Shown here one piece after another: positions 46,401 to 56,700 of a stretch of DNA of 64,000 nucleotides. Source of the DNA: a virus; IMG/VR virus record IMGVR_UViG_3300020437_000005, positions 18,121-82,120 of that record. One strand, given 5' to 3'. Numbering within the stretch: the first letter of the stretch is position 1; the number at the start of each line of letters is the position of its first letter. The notes below the pieces were generated by a model. It was not told the origin of the DNA, searched no databases, and saw only the letters and a list, made by a program, of their open reading frames with translations. A program made the position numbers and the translations under genes.

Positions 46401-49194
46401 ATACTATAATACGGGAGTGGGAACAACAGAATCAATTGGGATATCAACTGAAAACTTTGTTGGAATAGGACTTACAGATAAATTACCCGGAGAATTATTT
46501 GTTGTTAATATTAGTGATAATAAGATTAAATTAGCATCTAGTGCTCAAAATGCTTTAAAATCTATTCCAGAAACTTTAGACATTGTTGATGTTGGTATAG
46601 GAACTGAACACAGATTTGTGTCAACAAATCAAAATTCTAAAGTAATAGTTTCCATTGATAATATTATTCAATCCCCGATTGTATCTGTTGCTCTAACAAC
46701 AACTCTATCCAGTGATGTTTCAACTACTGATGATCTAATAAATTTCACAGGGATCACATCATTCTTTGGTGGAGATTTGGTGAGAGTTGGAAATGAAATT
46801 ATGATAATTGAAGGTATTGGTATTGGAGTTACTAATAGACTTAGAGTTCGTAGATCTTGGCTTGGAACAACTGTTGGTAGTTATTCTTCTGGAGAATTAG
46901 TAACTAAGGTTATTGGAGATTACAACATTGTAGATAATGTTCTGACCTTTATTGAAGCTCCATCAGGAAATGTTCCTCTGGGTGGAGAAGAAAATAGACC
47001 GGATGAAAGAGATTGGACTGGAATATCGACAGGATCTAGTTTCCATGCAAGAGTATTTTTGAGATCTGGTATTCCGAATACTTCAAATGAAACATATCAT
47101 AAAAATTATGTTTTTGATGATATATCTCAAGATTTCAATGGAACAAATAATGAATTTGTATTGAAATCAAACGGAATTGATGTAAGTGGGATTTCTAATG
47201 AAAATGCCATCATTTTGGTCAATGATGTATTTCAGGGTCCTGGTGAAAGTAGTGACTATACATTGTCAGAGAGTGTTGGAATAACCACTCTTACATTTAC
47301 AGGAAACTCTCAAACTATAACCAACGATGTTGGAATAACGAGTTTCCCTAAGGGTGGAATCATAGTATCAGTAGGATCTACAAATGGATTTGGATACCAA
47401 CCTTTAGTATCGGCCGGGGGAACTGCTATTGTTTCTACTGGAGGATCAATAGAATCAATAATTATTGGAAATAGTGGTTCTGGATATAGACCAGGAGTGC
47501 AAACGGTAAACGTTGGAGTAAAGACTTCAGATTATGATCTCCCCTTTATTGTTGGATCCGCATCTATAAGTGAAGGTCATGTTTCTAGTGTATTAATTAC
47601 AAATCCTGGGACTGGGTACACTAGCGAAAATCCACCTATTGTTATATTTGATGATCCTCTCTCATATGAGAATATTCCATTAGTTTTTAGTGATTCTAGT
47701 TCTTCATCCGGAATAGGGACAGGATCATCAGTAGATATTATTGTTGGCCAAGAATCAAGTGTTATTGATTTTGAAATAAAGAATACTGGATATGGATATA
47801 ATGTTGGAGAAGTTTTGACTGTTCCATTCGGCGGTCAAACTGGAATTCCAACTACTTCAGAATTTAGGGAGTTCCAAGTTACAATAGACAAAATATTTGC
47901 CGATAAGTTTACTGGATGGTCTTTAGGAACTTTAGAAGTATTAGACAATATTGAGAGGTTCATAGATGGCGAAAGAACATCTTTCCCACTATCTTTATCT
48001 GGAAATATAGTTTCTATCATAGCTTCTAAAGGATCGAAAATTAATGTTCAAGATGTTCTTCTCGTATTTGTCAATGAAATACTACAAGTTCCTGGAGAAG
48101 GATATATCTTTACAGGCGGTAGTGTTCTGACGTTTACTGAAGCACTTAAGATTGGAGATAGTGTAAAGATCATTTTCTATAAGGGTACAGGAGGAGCTGA
48201 CGTTATTGATAGAGAAATTCTTGAGACTGTAAAATCTGGAGATATGCTAAAAATCAACAATGACTCTTCAATAAATCAATCTAAGTTTTTAGATGAGGAT
48301 CCAAGAACTATTAATACAATAGAATCGACAAATCTCGTTAATACTAATCTATACTTTGGTCCAGGAAATACTGGTGATGAGAACTTACTAAGGCCAGTTG
48401 ATTGGTGTCGCCAAACTGAAGATAAGATTATTGACGGCAAAGAAGTTGGAAAGGATAGGGAAATTTATGAACCAATTGTCAATCCAATTGCATATATCAT
48501 ATCGCCCATAGGAATAGGATCTACCATTCTTTATTGTGATGGAGTTAGACCAATATTTAACGCAAAGAATGAGAATGATACTTCTCTGGATTTTCAAAAT
48601 AAAGTAACATTAATATCTCAAGAATATGCAGTTACAGAAACCAATAATGTACTTACATATGATGGAGATTTTGGTGTAGTGGTTGGATTTGGAACTGATG
48701 AAAAAGATACGGGCGAGAAACAATTTATATTTGATCTGTATATACCATCAAATTCTCCATTAAGAAATACTAAATTAGTCGATAACGAAATTACTATCAG
48801 TTCTTTGGATGTTGGAGATTACTTCACTATCAGTAAATCAATCATTGGTAGTGAAGACCTTTCAATCACCTCATTAGATGAAAATGGAAATTCAATTAGT
48901 ACTGAATCATCTTTTGTAGATAATACTTATAAGGTTGATACAGTTGAATCAGTAGAAGTTCCGATTAAAGTTGACTCAGATGGAGTTTCTACCGAAAGTG
49001 CTCTCTGCAGAAGAGTATATGTCAATGTAAATGAATTTATTTCTGGTTTTTCTGATATACAAATATCAAATCAATTTGCAACCTTCAGTTGGGGCAAAGT
49101 AACTCTTGATGGGAGATCAAAGTCGATTTCTTATCCAGTAAACACTATTCTGCAGAGAACCAAACAACTAAAGTATAAGAACTATATTGCATAA
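37414..49194 (+). CDS. gp7: Giant baseplate wedge initiator gp7-like structural protein (3926 aa)
   Basis: Located between gp6 and gp8; KDFYLSKGT, HSPIIGWAYDGNPIYGPYG, IQDGDYYQKFSYSLKS motifs typical of cyanomyophage gp7. Confidence 0.8.
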   Translation: MSEKRIQFNNIVHNQLPTYVRNDFPLISEFLKQYYIAQEYQGAPIDLIQNIDKYIKLDNITNLSYSAKLASNIDFDDTIITVDATESYTGTNQFPDSYGLLKIGNEIITYTGKTDFSFTGCIRGFSGVESYRGEVNPEELVFKSTEASSHESGSEIVNLSCLFLKEFLTKTKIQLIPGLENREFTQNLNENIFIKNAKDFYLSKGTDRGFEVLFKSLYNEEVKIIRPSEFLSTPSNAQYKITDNLIVEPIEGNPNDLKDRTLYQGSYGKNINYAYAPITDVEEVRVGVGETYYKLKLDAGYNRDIGVRGAIYGEFSVYPKTQVIDRVSSGSTVITVDSTVGFDCPGELYLTYDDESIGIVSYTSKSLNQFFNCTNVSGTILDKSVVGINTFACASFDDQEIKVRINSVLNEINFSDNSRYYKSGDVAQIKTLGASVDNALTKNWFYNVSPIYKVKNIVLVDSSDNTYRVNLNVDHYFKLGDIGTITSNDGISKYSSIIDIPSSKSIVIKGQGNLSLTKRYTFKRNLLKLSSSFFPESSFYTTNVQNVYQSKVDRDEYIIASPSIPHYESQPIETSDRSVTFSGVFFGEELKISSGKDHGFYTGDAVYYVPEKIITTTTDDDGQEVTNTAISSSLFNEDSGGEGLYFVKRISSTTIKLSRSRTNIYKSEFISIDSPLTVRNNSIKPFKLKSKTLESQKIFRKILKPTNNGSVFKTDPGFTGILINGVEILNYKSNDFINYGKINTIDILSSGFDYDVINPPPVKIEDPVGVGAEGFVSLSGSLREIRILDSGFDYEEIPKISITGGNGEGAKAFANMKLINHSLSFDSQSQVNVDISSSTIGFSTYHKFRNSEKVIYTTNNQNPIGGLVPNESYFVSVQDNFSVKLHKNLEDAISGINALSLLSFGVGIHELKSFNKKSVVESINIVSPGSKYQNKKRSIEPVGINTSLNTINIKNHDYDTGEIVKYTCEGNAVGGLSIDTEYYLTKVDDDSFKLSRINTELKSEREDYFYRTGQYENLTSSGIGTHVFNYQDISVKLVGKVGISPINNETFEAKIEPIFRGEVTSLYLSNGGVGYGSSEVINFERPPEIRLESGYGAQVKPIIRNGSIVQIIILNSGKNYTHSPDLNIVGSGVGAVLVPIIVDGKLSSIKINSGGFGYDQETFINILSSGQGASFKPVLQSWRINLFEKNFSRVSDDDGYITEGVNKNLGLQYSHIYAPRKLRESVFSVDQDGKILYGKKDLKRVNSLEVKSTDHSPIIGWAYDGNPIYGPYGFATKSGGIVLQMKSGYDIDLKESRPPISLFPEGFFVEDYSYRYVAGEDILDENNGRFCVTPDFPEGTYAYFATINDSSIDSSGPFAKYRRPTFPYLIGNNYNDNPIDFNFQSESNQDYIDINDENWCRIINPYNLIEDDIQYDYLYIPENLSQKSTINFTSNGSIDSIGITSAGDFYQIGDSVSFEDKSISGNRVSAKISRVGGKQVNNISVATSSIGNVEIYPSSIRGEYVLYTPSPHEFKNNDVITISGISTTTTKIEGTYKANVKNNLLFLVGSGENIEGIESSTSTGLVTYLNVSGDLTYPNIRENDILSIGSEKVKVLNIDRKLSRIRVLRGIDDTVGSSHPPFEEILEVSKKIIIKSKSNEGVDYKLNKELYFDPNESIDLGTNSIYIEDHNLNTGDVLTYSSNTGSPIVVSREENLSSPTPLLDQQEVFVAKINKDFIGISTVRVGRDLSDTFVGIAETHRDSRTLYFSGIGTGVYHSFSTNYKVNTGKIARNIVTVATAQTHGLMDGHDVFIDVNPSTPTTFSVKYNDYNRRVIINPKEFSSEDVNINDDTITITSHGFSTGEKVIYTSTSPSQGLEDNGIYYVISVDDNIFKLASSYENSKNINPVAIRILEASPGSINPINPQIKVYKNSTAIFDLSDSSLSYSNLSALYPAFEFNVYSDNSFTKKWNKVESGTSFNIKKIGSIGVTTDARVILTVNDQIPETLYYKLDPVFESNLPEEKQSVVIDLEVTSGSEIKSVSSQYNGQHVISIKSPTEFTYTLDKTPERVSYASSISNISYTTTCTDAYGPISEIDIKNSGGNYSSLPGISTITSAFGVDAVIEASSKTIGKIKKISIDNIGYNFPSDKTLSPSVMMPQIVKIDPLYSIESIGISSVGKGYVSSPDLIVLDNRTNTVVSDLDLKYSLGDSEVSILKNTNGISNLIPTIIPTKNSNGVGISSLSYNLNNKDVTVTLSSGFSDTNSFPFKVNDKVLIENVSIGVGSTERGYNSENYNYQLFTITSTDENIGGIGTVTYSMSEFFEGTNDTPGLFDDINSVGRIIPQKHFPTFNIVLKNNQYFTDESVRSDSATGLINGWDPKTGILRISSKENFVVGEIIEGVTSKTKGIAKNVEYPYSYFNLKSTSTVVDGLQVKSGFLNENTQRIQDGDYYQKFSYSLKSRIDYDTWNDPVSILNHSVGYKKFSDYQLESSPDNKTSLVVGLSTDLTSYETINDLVGVANLNCVYDFDLVKENSLTINSNTISNEVIFANRIITDFSESVGNRVLSVDDVSSTFNSKPRPTTFSIIDKFDSREKRARKYITYVKDRRFTQQRQLMIIDLINDRSFGYMNQYGKVGTSYDQGFFDFTMSGNEGQVQFFPTKFSINDYDITNISYNLDDNLLGAGNTVIGQSIIETSSTAISYGHSSRIVGIDSGYKSAKVLVQISPNSYEGDEFEFTQLNIVHNGSEVSILEYGQLTTSSSPHATSGFGTYFAYLSESSLNVDFIPNAVGVGSTGVINTITVGLANSTSNQSESVDMKHSRIESRITTIPSSILPEENVISEYPCDGTYDVGYFMVQVHDSTNDEYQFSEFVVVDDYQPTISNYDTYDTEFGEITTLSGLGTIGSRVVKSPVGTEATTQVLFTPLPGIDVNVNVYMNALRNEDDEKDQIYFNNGSIETGFGLYEGNEKDIKRSFDLTYKNDPIFEKVFEGNNSSIVDVDEDTITIPNHFFVSGESIKYYNTGVGTTESIGISTENFVGIGLTDKLPGELFVVNISDNKIKLASSAQNALKSIPETLDIVDVGIGTEHRFVSTNQNSKVIVSIDNIIQSPIVSVALTTTLSSDVSTTDDLINFTGITSFFGGDLVRVGNEIMIIEGIGIGVTNRLRVRRSWLGTTVGSYSSGELVTKVIGDYNIVDNVLTFIEAPSGNVPLGGEENRPDERDWTGISTGSSFHARVFLRSGIPNTSNETYHKNYVFDDISQDFNGTNNEFVLKSNGIDVSGISNENAIILVNDVFQGPGESSDYTLSESVGITTLTFTGNSQTITNDVGITSFPKGGIIVSVGSTNGFGYQPLVSAGGTAIVSTGGSIESIIIGNSGSGYRPGVQTVNVGVKTSDYDLPFIVGSASISEGHVSSVLITNPGTGYTSENPPIVIFDDPLSYENIPLVFSDSSSSSGIGTGSSVDIIVGQESSVIDFEIKNTGYGYNVGEVLTVPFGGQTGIPTTSEFREFQVTIDKIFADKFTGWSLGTLEVLDNIERFIDGERTSFPLSLSGNIVSIIASKGSKINVQDVLLVFVNEILQVPGEGYIFTGGSVLTFTEALKIGDSVKIIFYKGTGGADVIDREILETVKSGDMLKINNDSSINQSKFLDEDPRTINTIESTNLVNTNLYFGPGNTGDENLLRPVDWCRQTEDKIIDGKEVGKDREIYEPIVNPIAYIISPIGIGSTILYCDGVRPIFNAKNENDTSLDFQNKVTLISQEYAVTETNNVLTYDGDFGVVVGFGTDEKDTGEKQFIFDLYIPSNSPLRNTKLVDNEITISSLDVGDYFTISKSIIGSEDLSITSLDENGNSISTESSFVDNTYKVDTVESVEVPIKVDSDGVSTESALCRRVYVNVNEFISGFSDIQISNQFATFSWGKVTLDGRSKSISYPVNTILQRTKQLKYKNYIA

Positions 49195-49201
49195 TAGTGT
49201 G

Positions 49202-49208
49202 ATAAATA
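49202..49208 (+). promoter_or_regulatory. Late promoter ATAAATA
   Basis: Intergenic, upstream of gp8. Confidence 0.7.
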
Positions 49209-49227
49209 GATAAAAAAACTGTGTGCA

Positions 49228-50781
49228 ATGGCTGCAATCGTAACTGATCAGATTAGAATATTAAACGCAAAAAACTTTGTAAATGAAGTTAGATCTTCTG
49301 GCAATTCGTATTACTCTTTTGTTGGATTACCAAATCCAACGGATTATCAATCGAATTGGGATGTAGATCCACCTTCACCGAAGGATAACTTTAATGAAGA
49401 GAATAATTATTGGGATACAATGATTGCTCTCAAGAAAATAAACTCTTCGGATGTGAGAAGAGTGGTCTCTAGAAGACTATGGTCTTCTGGTACTACTTAT
49501 GACATGTATCGTCATGACTATAGCAGAACAAATACGGCAAAGATTTCTGGTTCAACCAGTTTATACTCTGCATCATATTATATTTTAAATAGCGATTATA
49601 GTGTGTATATTTGTCTGCAAAATGGAACCGATCCAGATAATCCTACAGGAAGACCGTCTCTGGATGAACCAACATTCACGGATTTAGAACCAAGATCTGC
49701 AGGCAGTAGTGGTGATGGATATATTTGGAAGTATCTATATACTATAAAACCAAGTGATATTGTAAAATTTGAATCTACAGATTTCATTCCCGTTCCGCAA
49801 GATTGGGAAACTAGTTCTGAAAATTTTGATGTAAGAAATAATGCTGTTGATGGATCTATAAAAATTATAACAATAACAAATAGAGGAGATTCTGTTGGTC
49901 CAATTGGCGGAACTCAATATACTGGGATTCCTATTTCTGGGGACGGAGTTGGTGCTGAATGCACTATTATAACAAATAATGATAGAAAAGTTGAATCAAT
50001 AAGTGTTTCAAATCAAGGATTTGGTTATACTTATGGAACTGTAGATTTAGAATCCTCAGGAATTACTTTTGGCGCATCAAAACCAACATTTGATGTAATT
50101 ATTTCTCCAAAGGGTGGACATGGGTCAAATATTTACAACGAATTAGGATCATACAACGTATTACTTTACTCTAGAATAGAGAATGATATATCAAATCCAG
50201 ATTTTATAACAGGGAATCAAATTGCTAGAGTGGGACTGATAGAAAATCCACAATCAACGGATTCGACTCTCCTAAACTTAGATAAAGCTAGTGCTACATT
50301 TGCATTAAGGTTGGTTGGCGCTGGATATAGCTCCGCAACATTTACTCCAGATTCTTTTGTAAGCCAAACTGTTTCTTCTGGTACTACAGCTGTTGGTAGA
50401 GTTATTAATTATGACCAAGTAACTGGTGTATTAAAGTATTGGCAGGATAGAACTCTTGCAGGATTCAATAGCACAGGAATAGGAATTACAAATCCACAAT
50501 ATGGGTTTGAAATCAATGAGTTTACATCTACTCCAGGATCAGGTGGGGATTTGACAATTATCCCATCATCTGGTTCAAATCTACAGATAGATGATTCATT
50601 TTCCGGTATATCTACCGTAATAAATAATAGAACATATTATCTTGGTCAGGAATTTTTTAATGGTTTATCCAACCCAGAAGTGAAGAAACACGCGGGTAAT
50701 ATCATTTATGTTGACAATAGACCATCTATTACCCGATCTTCAAATCAGAAAGAAGACATAAAAATCATTTTGCAGTTCTAA
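49228..50781 (+). CDS. gp8: Baseplate wedge subunit gp8
   Basis: WSSGTTYDMYRHDY, VYICL.N, DGYIWKYLYTI, IYVDNR.SITR..NQKEDIKIILQF. Confidence 0.92.
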   Translation: MAAIVTDQIRILNAKNFVNEVRSSGNSYYSFVGLPNPTDYQSNWDVDPPSPKDNFNEENNYWDTMIALKKINSSDVRRVVSRRLWSSGTTYDMYRHDYSRTNTAKISGSTSLYSASYYILNSDYSVYICLQNGTDPDNPTGRPSLDEPTFTDLEPRSAGSSGDGYIWKYLYTIKPSDIVKFESTDFIPVPQDWETSSENFDVRNNAVDGSIKIITITNRGDSVGPIGGTQYTGIPISGDGVGAECTIITNNDRKVESISVSNQGFGYTYGTVDLESSGITFGASKPTFDVIISPKGGHGSNIYNELGSYNVLLYSRIENDISNPDFITGNQIARVGLIENPQSTDSTLLNLDKASATFALRLVGAGYSSATFTPDSFVSQTVSSGTTAVGRVINYDQVTGVLKYWQDRTLAGFNSTGIGITNPQYGFEINEFTSTPGSGGDLTIIPSSGSNLQIDDSFSGISTVINNRTYYLGQEFFNGLSNPEVKKHAGNIIYVDNRPSITRSSNQKEDIKIILQF

Positions 50782-50787
50782 AGAATT

Positions 50788-53700
50788 ATGCCAAAGCAAA
50801 CTAATCTAAACGTATCCCCCTACTTTGATGACTTTGATTCTGACAATGATTATCATAAGGTCTTATTCAAACCAGGATATCCAATTCAAGCAAGAGAATT
50901 AACGACTTTACAGTCAATACTGCAGGATCAGATTGAAAAGTTTGGGCAGCACTTCTTTAAAGACGGTGATAAAGTAATACCAGGTAATATTGGATATTCC
51001 AGACTTTATCAGTGTGTGCAACTTAACAATTCCTACCAGGGAGTCCCAGTTTCTGCCTATGCAGATCAATTGATCGGATCAAAAATTACAGGACAATCTT
51101 CCGGGGTAACTGCTTATGTTGATTATGTTCTTTTTCCAGAAGATTCTGAAAGGGGAGTTCTAACTTTATATGTAAATTATCTTGGATCAAGCACGCAAAA
51201 TAACTCAACTCAAACTTTTAGCGATGGAGAATTTTTGGTATCGAATCAAGTAATTAGCTCTGGACTTCTTGGTAATACTACTATTCAGTCGGGATCTCCA
51301 TTTGCATCAACAATTTCTGATTCTAGTTCTGCTACAGGATCTTCATTTAGTATAGACGCTGGAGTTTATTTTATTAGAGGAAGTTTCGTAACTGTTGATA
51401 AAGAAACTTTAGTATTGGATCAATATTCAAATACACCCAGTTATAGAGTAGGGTTATTTGTTAATGAGGAAATTGTTACATCAGATTCTGACGAATCTCT
51501 AAATGACAATTCTCAAGGATATAATAACTATTCAGCTCCTGGTGCAGATAGATTAAAAATTTCTGTAAGTTTAACAAAAAAACAATTAGATGATTTTGAT
51601 GATACAAATTTTGTAGAGTTAGCTACTGTAAATAATGGTGTTTTAAAATCAAAAAAGATTATTGGCGGTGCAATTTCTTCCGGCAATGGTGGATTTAGGT
51701 CCAAGGATATCTCCGATACTTTGGCAAGGAGAACATATGCGGAATCCGGAGATTATTATGTTAAACCATTTGGTGTAACTTGCTTAAATTCCTTAAATGA
51801 CAATATTGGAAATGGTGGCATTTTAAATTCAAATCAATTTACTCCTAGTGGAGGAGTTCCCTCAGATGATCTTGGTCTATATAAAATCTCTCCAGGAAAA
51901 GCATTTGTTAGAGGATATGAGATTGATGTTACATCACCAGTTTTCTTAGATGCCCCCAAACCGAGAACAGAAAAAGTTGTTGAAGATCAATCATTATTTT
52001 ACAATACTGGTACCACTCTTAAGTTAAATAGAGTATTTCGATCACCAACAATTGGACTAGGAAATGATTATATAATCAGTTTGAGAAATAGTAGAGTTGG
52101 TGAAGATGTAGATAATGATGGAGCTCCTGGAGAAGAAGTAGGTCTAGCTAGAGTTTATGATTTTAGATTGGAATCTGGAGCATATGAATTATCAGACTCT
52201 AATTCGAATATTTGGGGAATATCATTATATGATGTGCAAATCTTTACCAAATTAACATTAAATCAATCAATCACTTTAAGCACACCAACATTTATTAAGG
52301 GAAAAAATAGTGGTGCTACAGCATTTCTTAAGGATTCCGCTGATGATACAAATACCTTAACGATATATCAAGTATCTGGATCTTTTATTAAAAATGAATC
52401 TCTGATTTTTGATGGAATAGAAAATGGGAGAATAATCACCGATGTATCAAAGAATGATATTTCTAATGTAAAATCTTTATTTGGAACCACTGATGGTGTC
52501 ATTGGCATCAATACCTTTAGTGCGGATACAATTCAATCAGTTTCTTCTAATGTTGGAATAGCTACCGTATCAGAATTTTCTGGAGGAATTAGTACCGTTA
52601 GAAGTTCTGATCCATCATTTTTGAGTAATGTAAGTGTGGGAGATATTTTGCAATATAGCGATCTATCTTCTTCACAAGATCCAATTATATCAAAAATAGT
52701 TTCTATTGGCGATGACACAGTATCAATTGTTGGAGTAACTACGGTTGCCGGGATTGCTGATGGAAAACTTCCAGAAAATCACCTAAACATTACCGATTTA
52801 AAAATTCTCAAAACCAAACTCAGCGAATCTAGTGATAATACTTTGTTTACTAGACTCGATAAAAATAATATATCAACAGTAAACCTATCAGAAGCATCTA
52901 TAACAGTAAGAAAGGTATACACTATAGATATTGTAGGGAGAGAAATATCATCCACGACTATACCAACTTCTGGAGATAATGAAATCTTTTTACCATTTAC
53001 ATCCAGAAGATATTCTTTAATAAGATCAGACGGATCAACAGAAATTTTAACATCAGATAAATTTACATTTAGTACTGATTTAAAAACTATTCAAATTTCA
53101 AATTTGAGTGCCGACGATGTCGGGGCTACTCTAATAACAACGATAAGAAAATCAAAACCAAAATCTAAAGTAAAACGCAAGAATAGGGTTAATTCAATTT
53201 TGATTGATAAATCAAAATATTCTGCATCCGGAACCGGAGAATCTACTTTAAATGATGGATTACAATATGGAGATTATCCCTTTGGAACTAGAGTTCAAGA
53301 TCAGATTTTATCATTAAATGTTCCGGACATTATCAATATTCATGGTGTATTTGAGTCTTCTGGAACTGAAGATCCATCTTCTCCCAGAATGGATTTGACT
53401 TCTTTGGATACCTTTTCAACAACAACCAACGATTTATTATTGGGAGAAATTCTGGTCGGACAAACAAGCGGAGCTGTAGCTGTATATGTAGAAAAAATAT
53501 CAGATTCTATAATATCGTTTGTATACAAAAATGATATTAAATTTATTGAGGGAGAGACTGTAAGTTTCCAAGAATCTCTTGCAAGTGGCATATCAATAAA
53601 TTTAGAGTCTCCAAGTTTTGAAATATCCTCAGAATTTAGTTTTAGTACAGGTCAGCAAAAATCTTTTTATGACTATGGTTATGTGAAGAGAAAACCAGAG

Positions 53701-56700
53701 TTTAAAGAACCAACAAAAAAAGTAAAAATATATTTTACTAGTGCTTTCCATTCTTCAGATGATGACGGAGATATCACTACTGTAAATTCGTATGATTCTT
53801 TTGATTATTCAAAGGAGATTAGATCCATAGATTCTATTCCCAATTCAGACATAATAGATATTCGACCTAGAACGTCAAATTATGAGGTGGAGGAAGGAAA
53901 AAGATCTCCTCTTGAATTCTTGGGAAGGTCCTTCTCACAGTCTGGAAATTCTTCTTCAAATATATTAGCATCTAATGAAACTCTTTCAATAGATTATTCT
54001 TATTTTCTGGGAAGAATAGATAGAATTTTCTTAACAAAAGGAGGAAAGTTTCAGGTTGTTTATGGAGAACCTTCAGAGAAACCAGAAAAACCAATTAATA
54101 TTGATGATGCTTTAGAAGTAGCTACTATAGAATTACCACCTTATCTATATAATCCACAACAAGCATCAATAGAATTCTTAGAATACAAAAGATATCGTAT
54201 GTCTGACATACGTGCATTAGAGAGAAGAATAAAAAATCTAGAATTTCATACAGCTCTTTCTATTCTTGAGACAAATACTGCGAATATGTATATTCCAGAT
54301 TCTGAGGGTGCTAACAGACTAAAAACAGGATTTTTTGTTGATAATTTTAGTTCCTTTAAAACTCAAGAAACTTTATCAGGAATTAAGAATAGTATTGATA
54401 GGACTCTCAATGAATTAAGACCCAATCATTTTACAGATTCTATAGATTTGATTGATGGTCCTGTAGCTAATATTGACCCATCTCAAGATTTATTATTCTC
54501 TGGTGTAGAAGGAAACAATGTAAGAAAAAATAATAACATACTAACACTTAATTATTCCGAATTAGAGTGGCTGAAACAACCTTTTGCTACTAGAAGTGAA
54601 AGCGTCACTCCTTTCTTAATGAATTTCTGGCAAGGCACTATTGATCTTACTCCAGCTTCTGATAATTGGATTGATCCAGTAAAAATTGACGCCAAAATTA
54701 TAAAGAAAGAAGGAAATTATGCTGAAACTCTCGCTAATGCTGCCAAGACTTTGAATGTAGACCCACAAACAGGATTTGCTCCTGCAGTATGGGATGGATG
54801 GAAAGAGAATTGGACTGGAAAAACACGAACAAGACCAGATACAAGAACAAGACAATCATTTGATTCTGATGTCTTTTGGAGAGATGCTGGTGGCGGCATG
54901 AGAAATCTTATAGAAGTAACACGCACTTCAACAATTCAAGAAGAACTGAATTTAACCGTAGAAAGTGGTACTAGTACAAATGCGGGACTGCAAACAACTG
55001 TAGTGGAAGATTTTGAAGAAACTGTCGTTGGTGAAAAGGTTGTAGGAAAGGACATTGTTCCTTATATGAGATCAAGGAATATACAGTTTGCATCAAAAAG
55101 ACTTAAACCACTCACAAGAGTATATGCATTCTTTGATGGAGTAGATGTATCCAAATACTGTGTTCCAAAACTTTTGGAAATCTCGATGATTAGTGGAGTA
55201 TTTGAGGTTGGGGAACTTGTAGAAGGAGTCGTGCAAAGAACCGGTTTGGATGAAGATACTAAGAGTACATCACCTAGAATATCATTCAGGGCTGCACAAT
55301 TGAATCATAAGGAAGGTCCATACAATTCTCCGACCAAAGTTTTCCAAGAAAATCCATATACAAACAATACATTACCTTCTACATATTCATCAACATCTTC
55401 TGTGATAAATGTTGATACATTCTCACTTTCTAACGAAGTTCAAGGAGAATATTTTGGATGGGTAGGCTTGGATATGGTATTGACAGGAAAAACCAGTGGT
55501 GCTCAAGCAACTATTACAAATGTCAGACTTTTATCAGACCTGTCATCCACTCTAATAGGTAGCTTCTACATACCAGATCCAAATAATGCAAATTATCCAA
55601 AATTTGAAACAGGAACAAAAAACTTTAAGTTAATAAATGATGCGGATAACGATAAGAATCTTTCCACAACTTCTGCAGAAGAGTCGTATGTCTCATCGGG
55701 AATCATAGAAAAAACTCAAGAGACAATTATTTCAGTTAGAAATGCCAAGGTTGAACAAAAACCCGTATTTGATAGTAGACCGATAGAAAGAACTCTCAAT
55801 ACAGAAATTGTTAGTAGTACACAGATAGGACCAACATTCACCTCAGATGAGAGGGTTGTTCGAACGAGAGCGTGGAGTGACCCCCTTGCACAGTCATTCT
55901 TGGTGGAAGAGGATGGTGGAATATTCCTAACGAAATGTGATGTATTTTTTAGATCTATTGATGACATGGATATTCCAGTCACTCTTCAGATAAGAACAAT
56001 GAACACGGGTATCCCTACTCAAATAATTGTTCCAAATTCTGAAGTTGTTTTAGATCCAGGAGATGTAAACATATCATCTGATGGTTCTATTGCAACGACT
56101 TTTCAATTCAAGTCTCCAATATATCTGGAAGGGAACAATACTGATTATTGCGTCTGCTTGCTCTCAAACTCTACAAAATACAGTGTTTATATCTCCAGAA
56201 TGGGAGAAACAGATTTGATAAGCGATGTGTTCATATCAAATCCAAATAAACAGTACATGGGATCTTTATTTAAATCCCAAAATGGATCTACATGGGAACC
56301 AAGTCAATGGGAAGATTTAAAATATACTCTTTATAGAGCAGATTTTATAGAGTCTGGTTCTGTAGATTTCTACAATCCAGAATTGTCAGAAGGCAACAAA
56401 AAAATAGCAACTCTGATGCCAAACTCATTATCTTTTAACTCTAGAAAGATTAGATTAGAACTTTCTAAAGAAGTTAGTGGTTTAACAATCAACGAAAATG
56501 GAAATACATTTACACAAGATGCGACGAATGCAACAGGAAATTTAATTGGTGTTGCATCAAAAGCAACTGGAGATTTAATCGTAACAAATACTGGTATAGG
56601 TTATACTCCATCATCAGGACAGTTTGTGTTTAATGATGTAAGTTTGATTGCAGTAAGTGGAAATGGTAGAGGAGCTTCAGCAGATATTACTGTAGAAGAC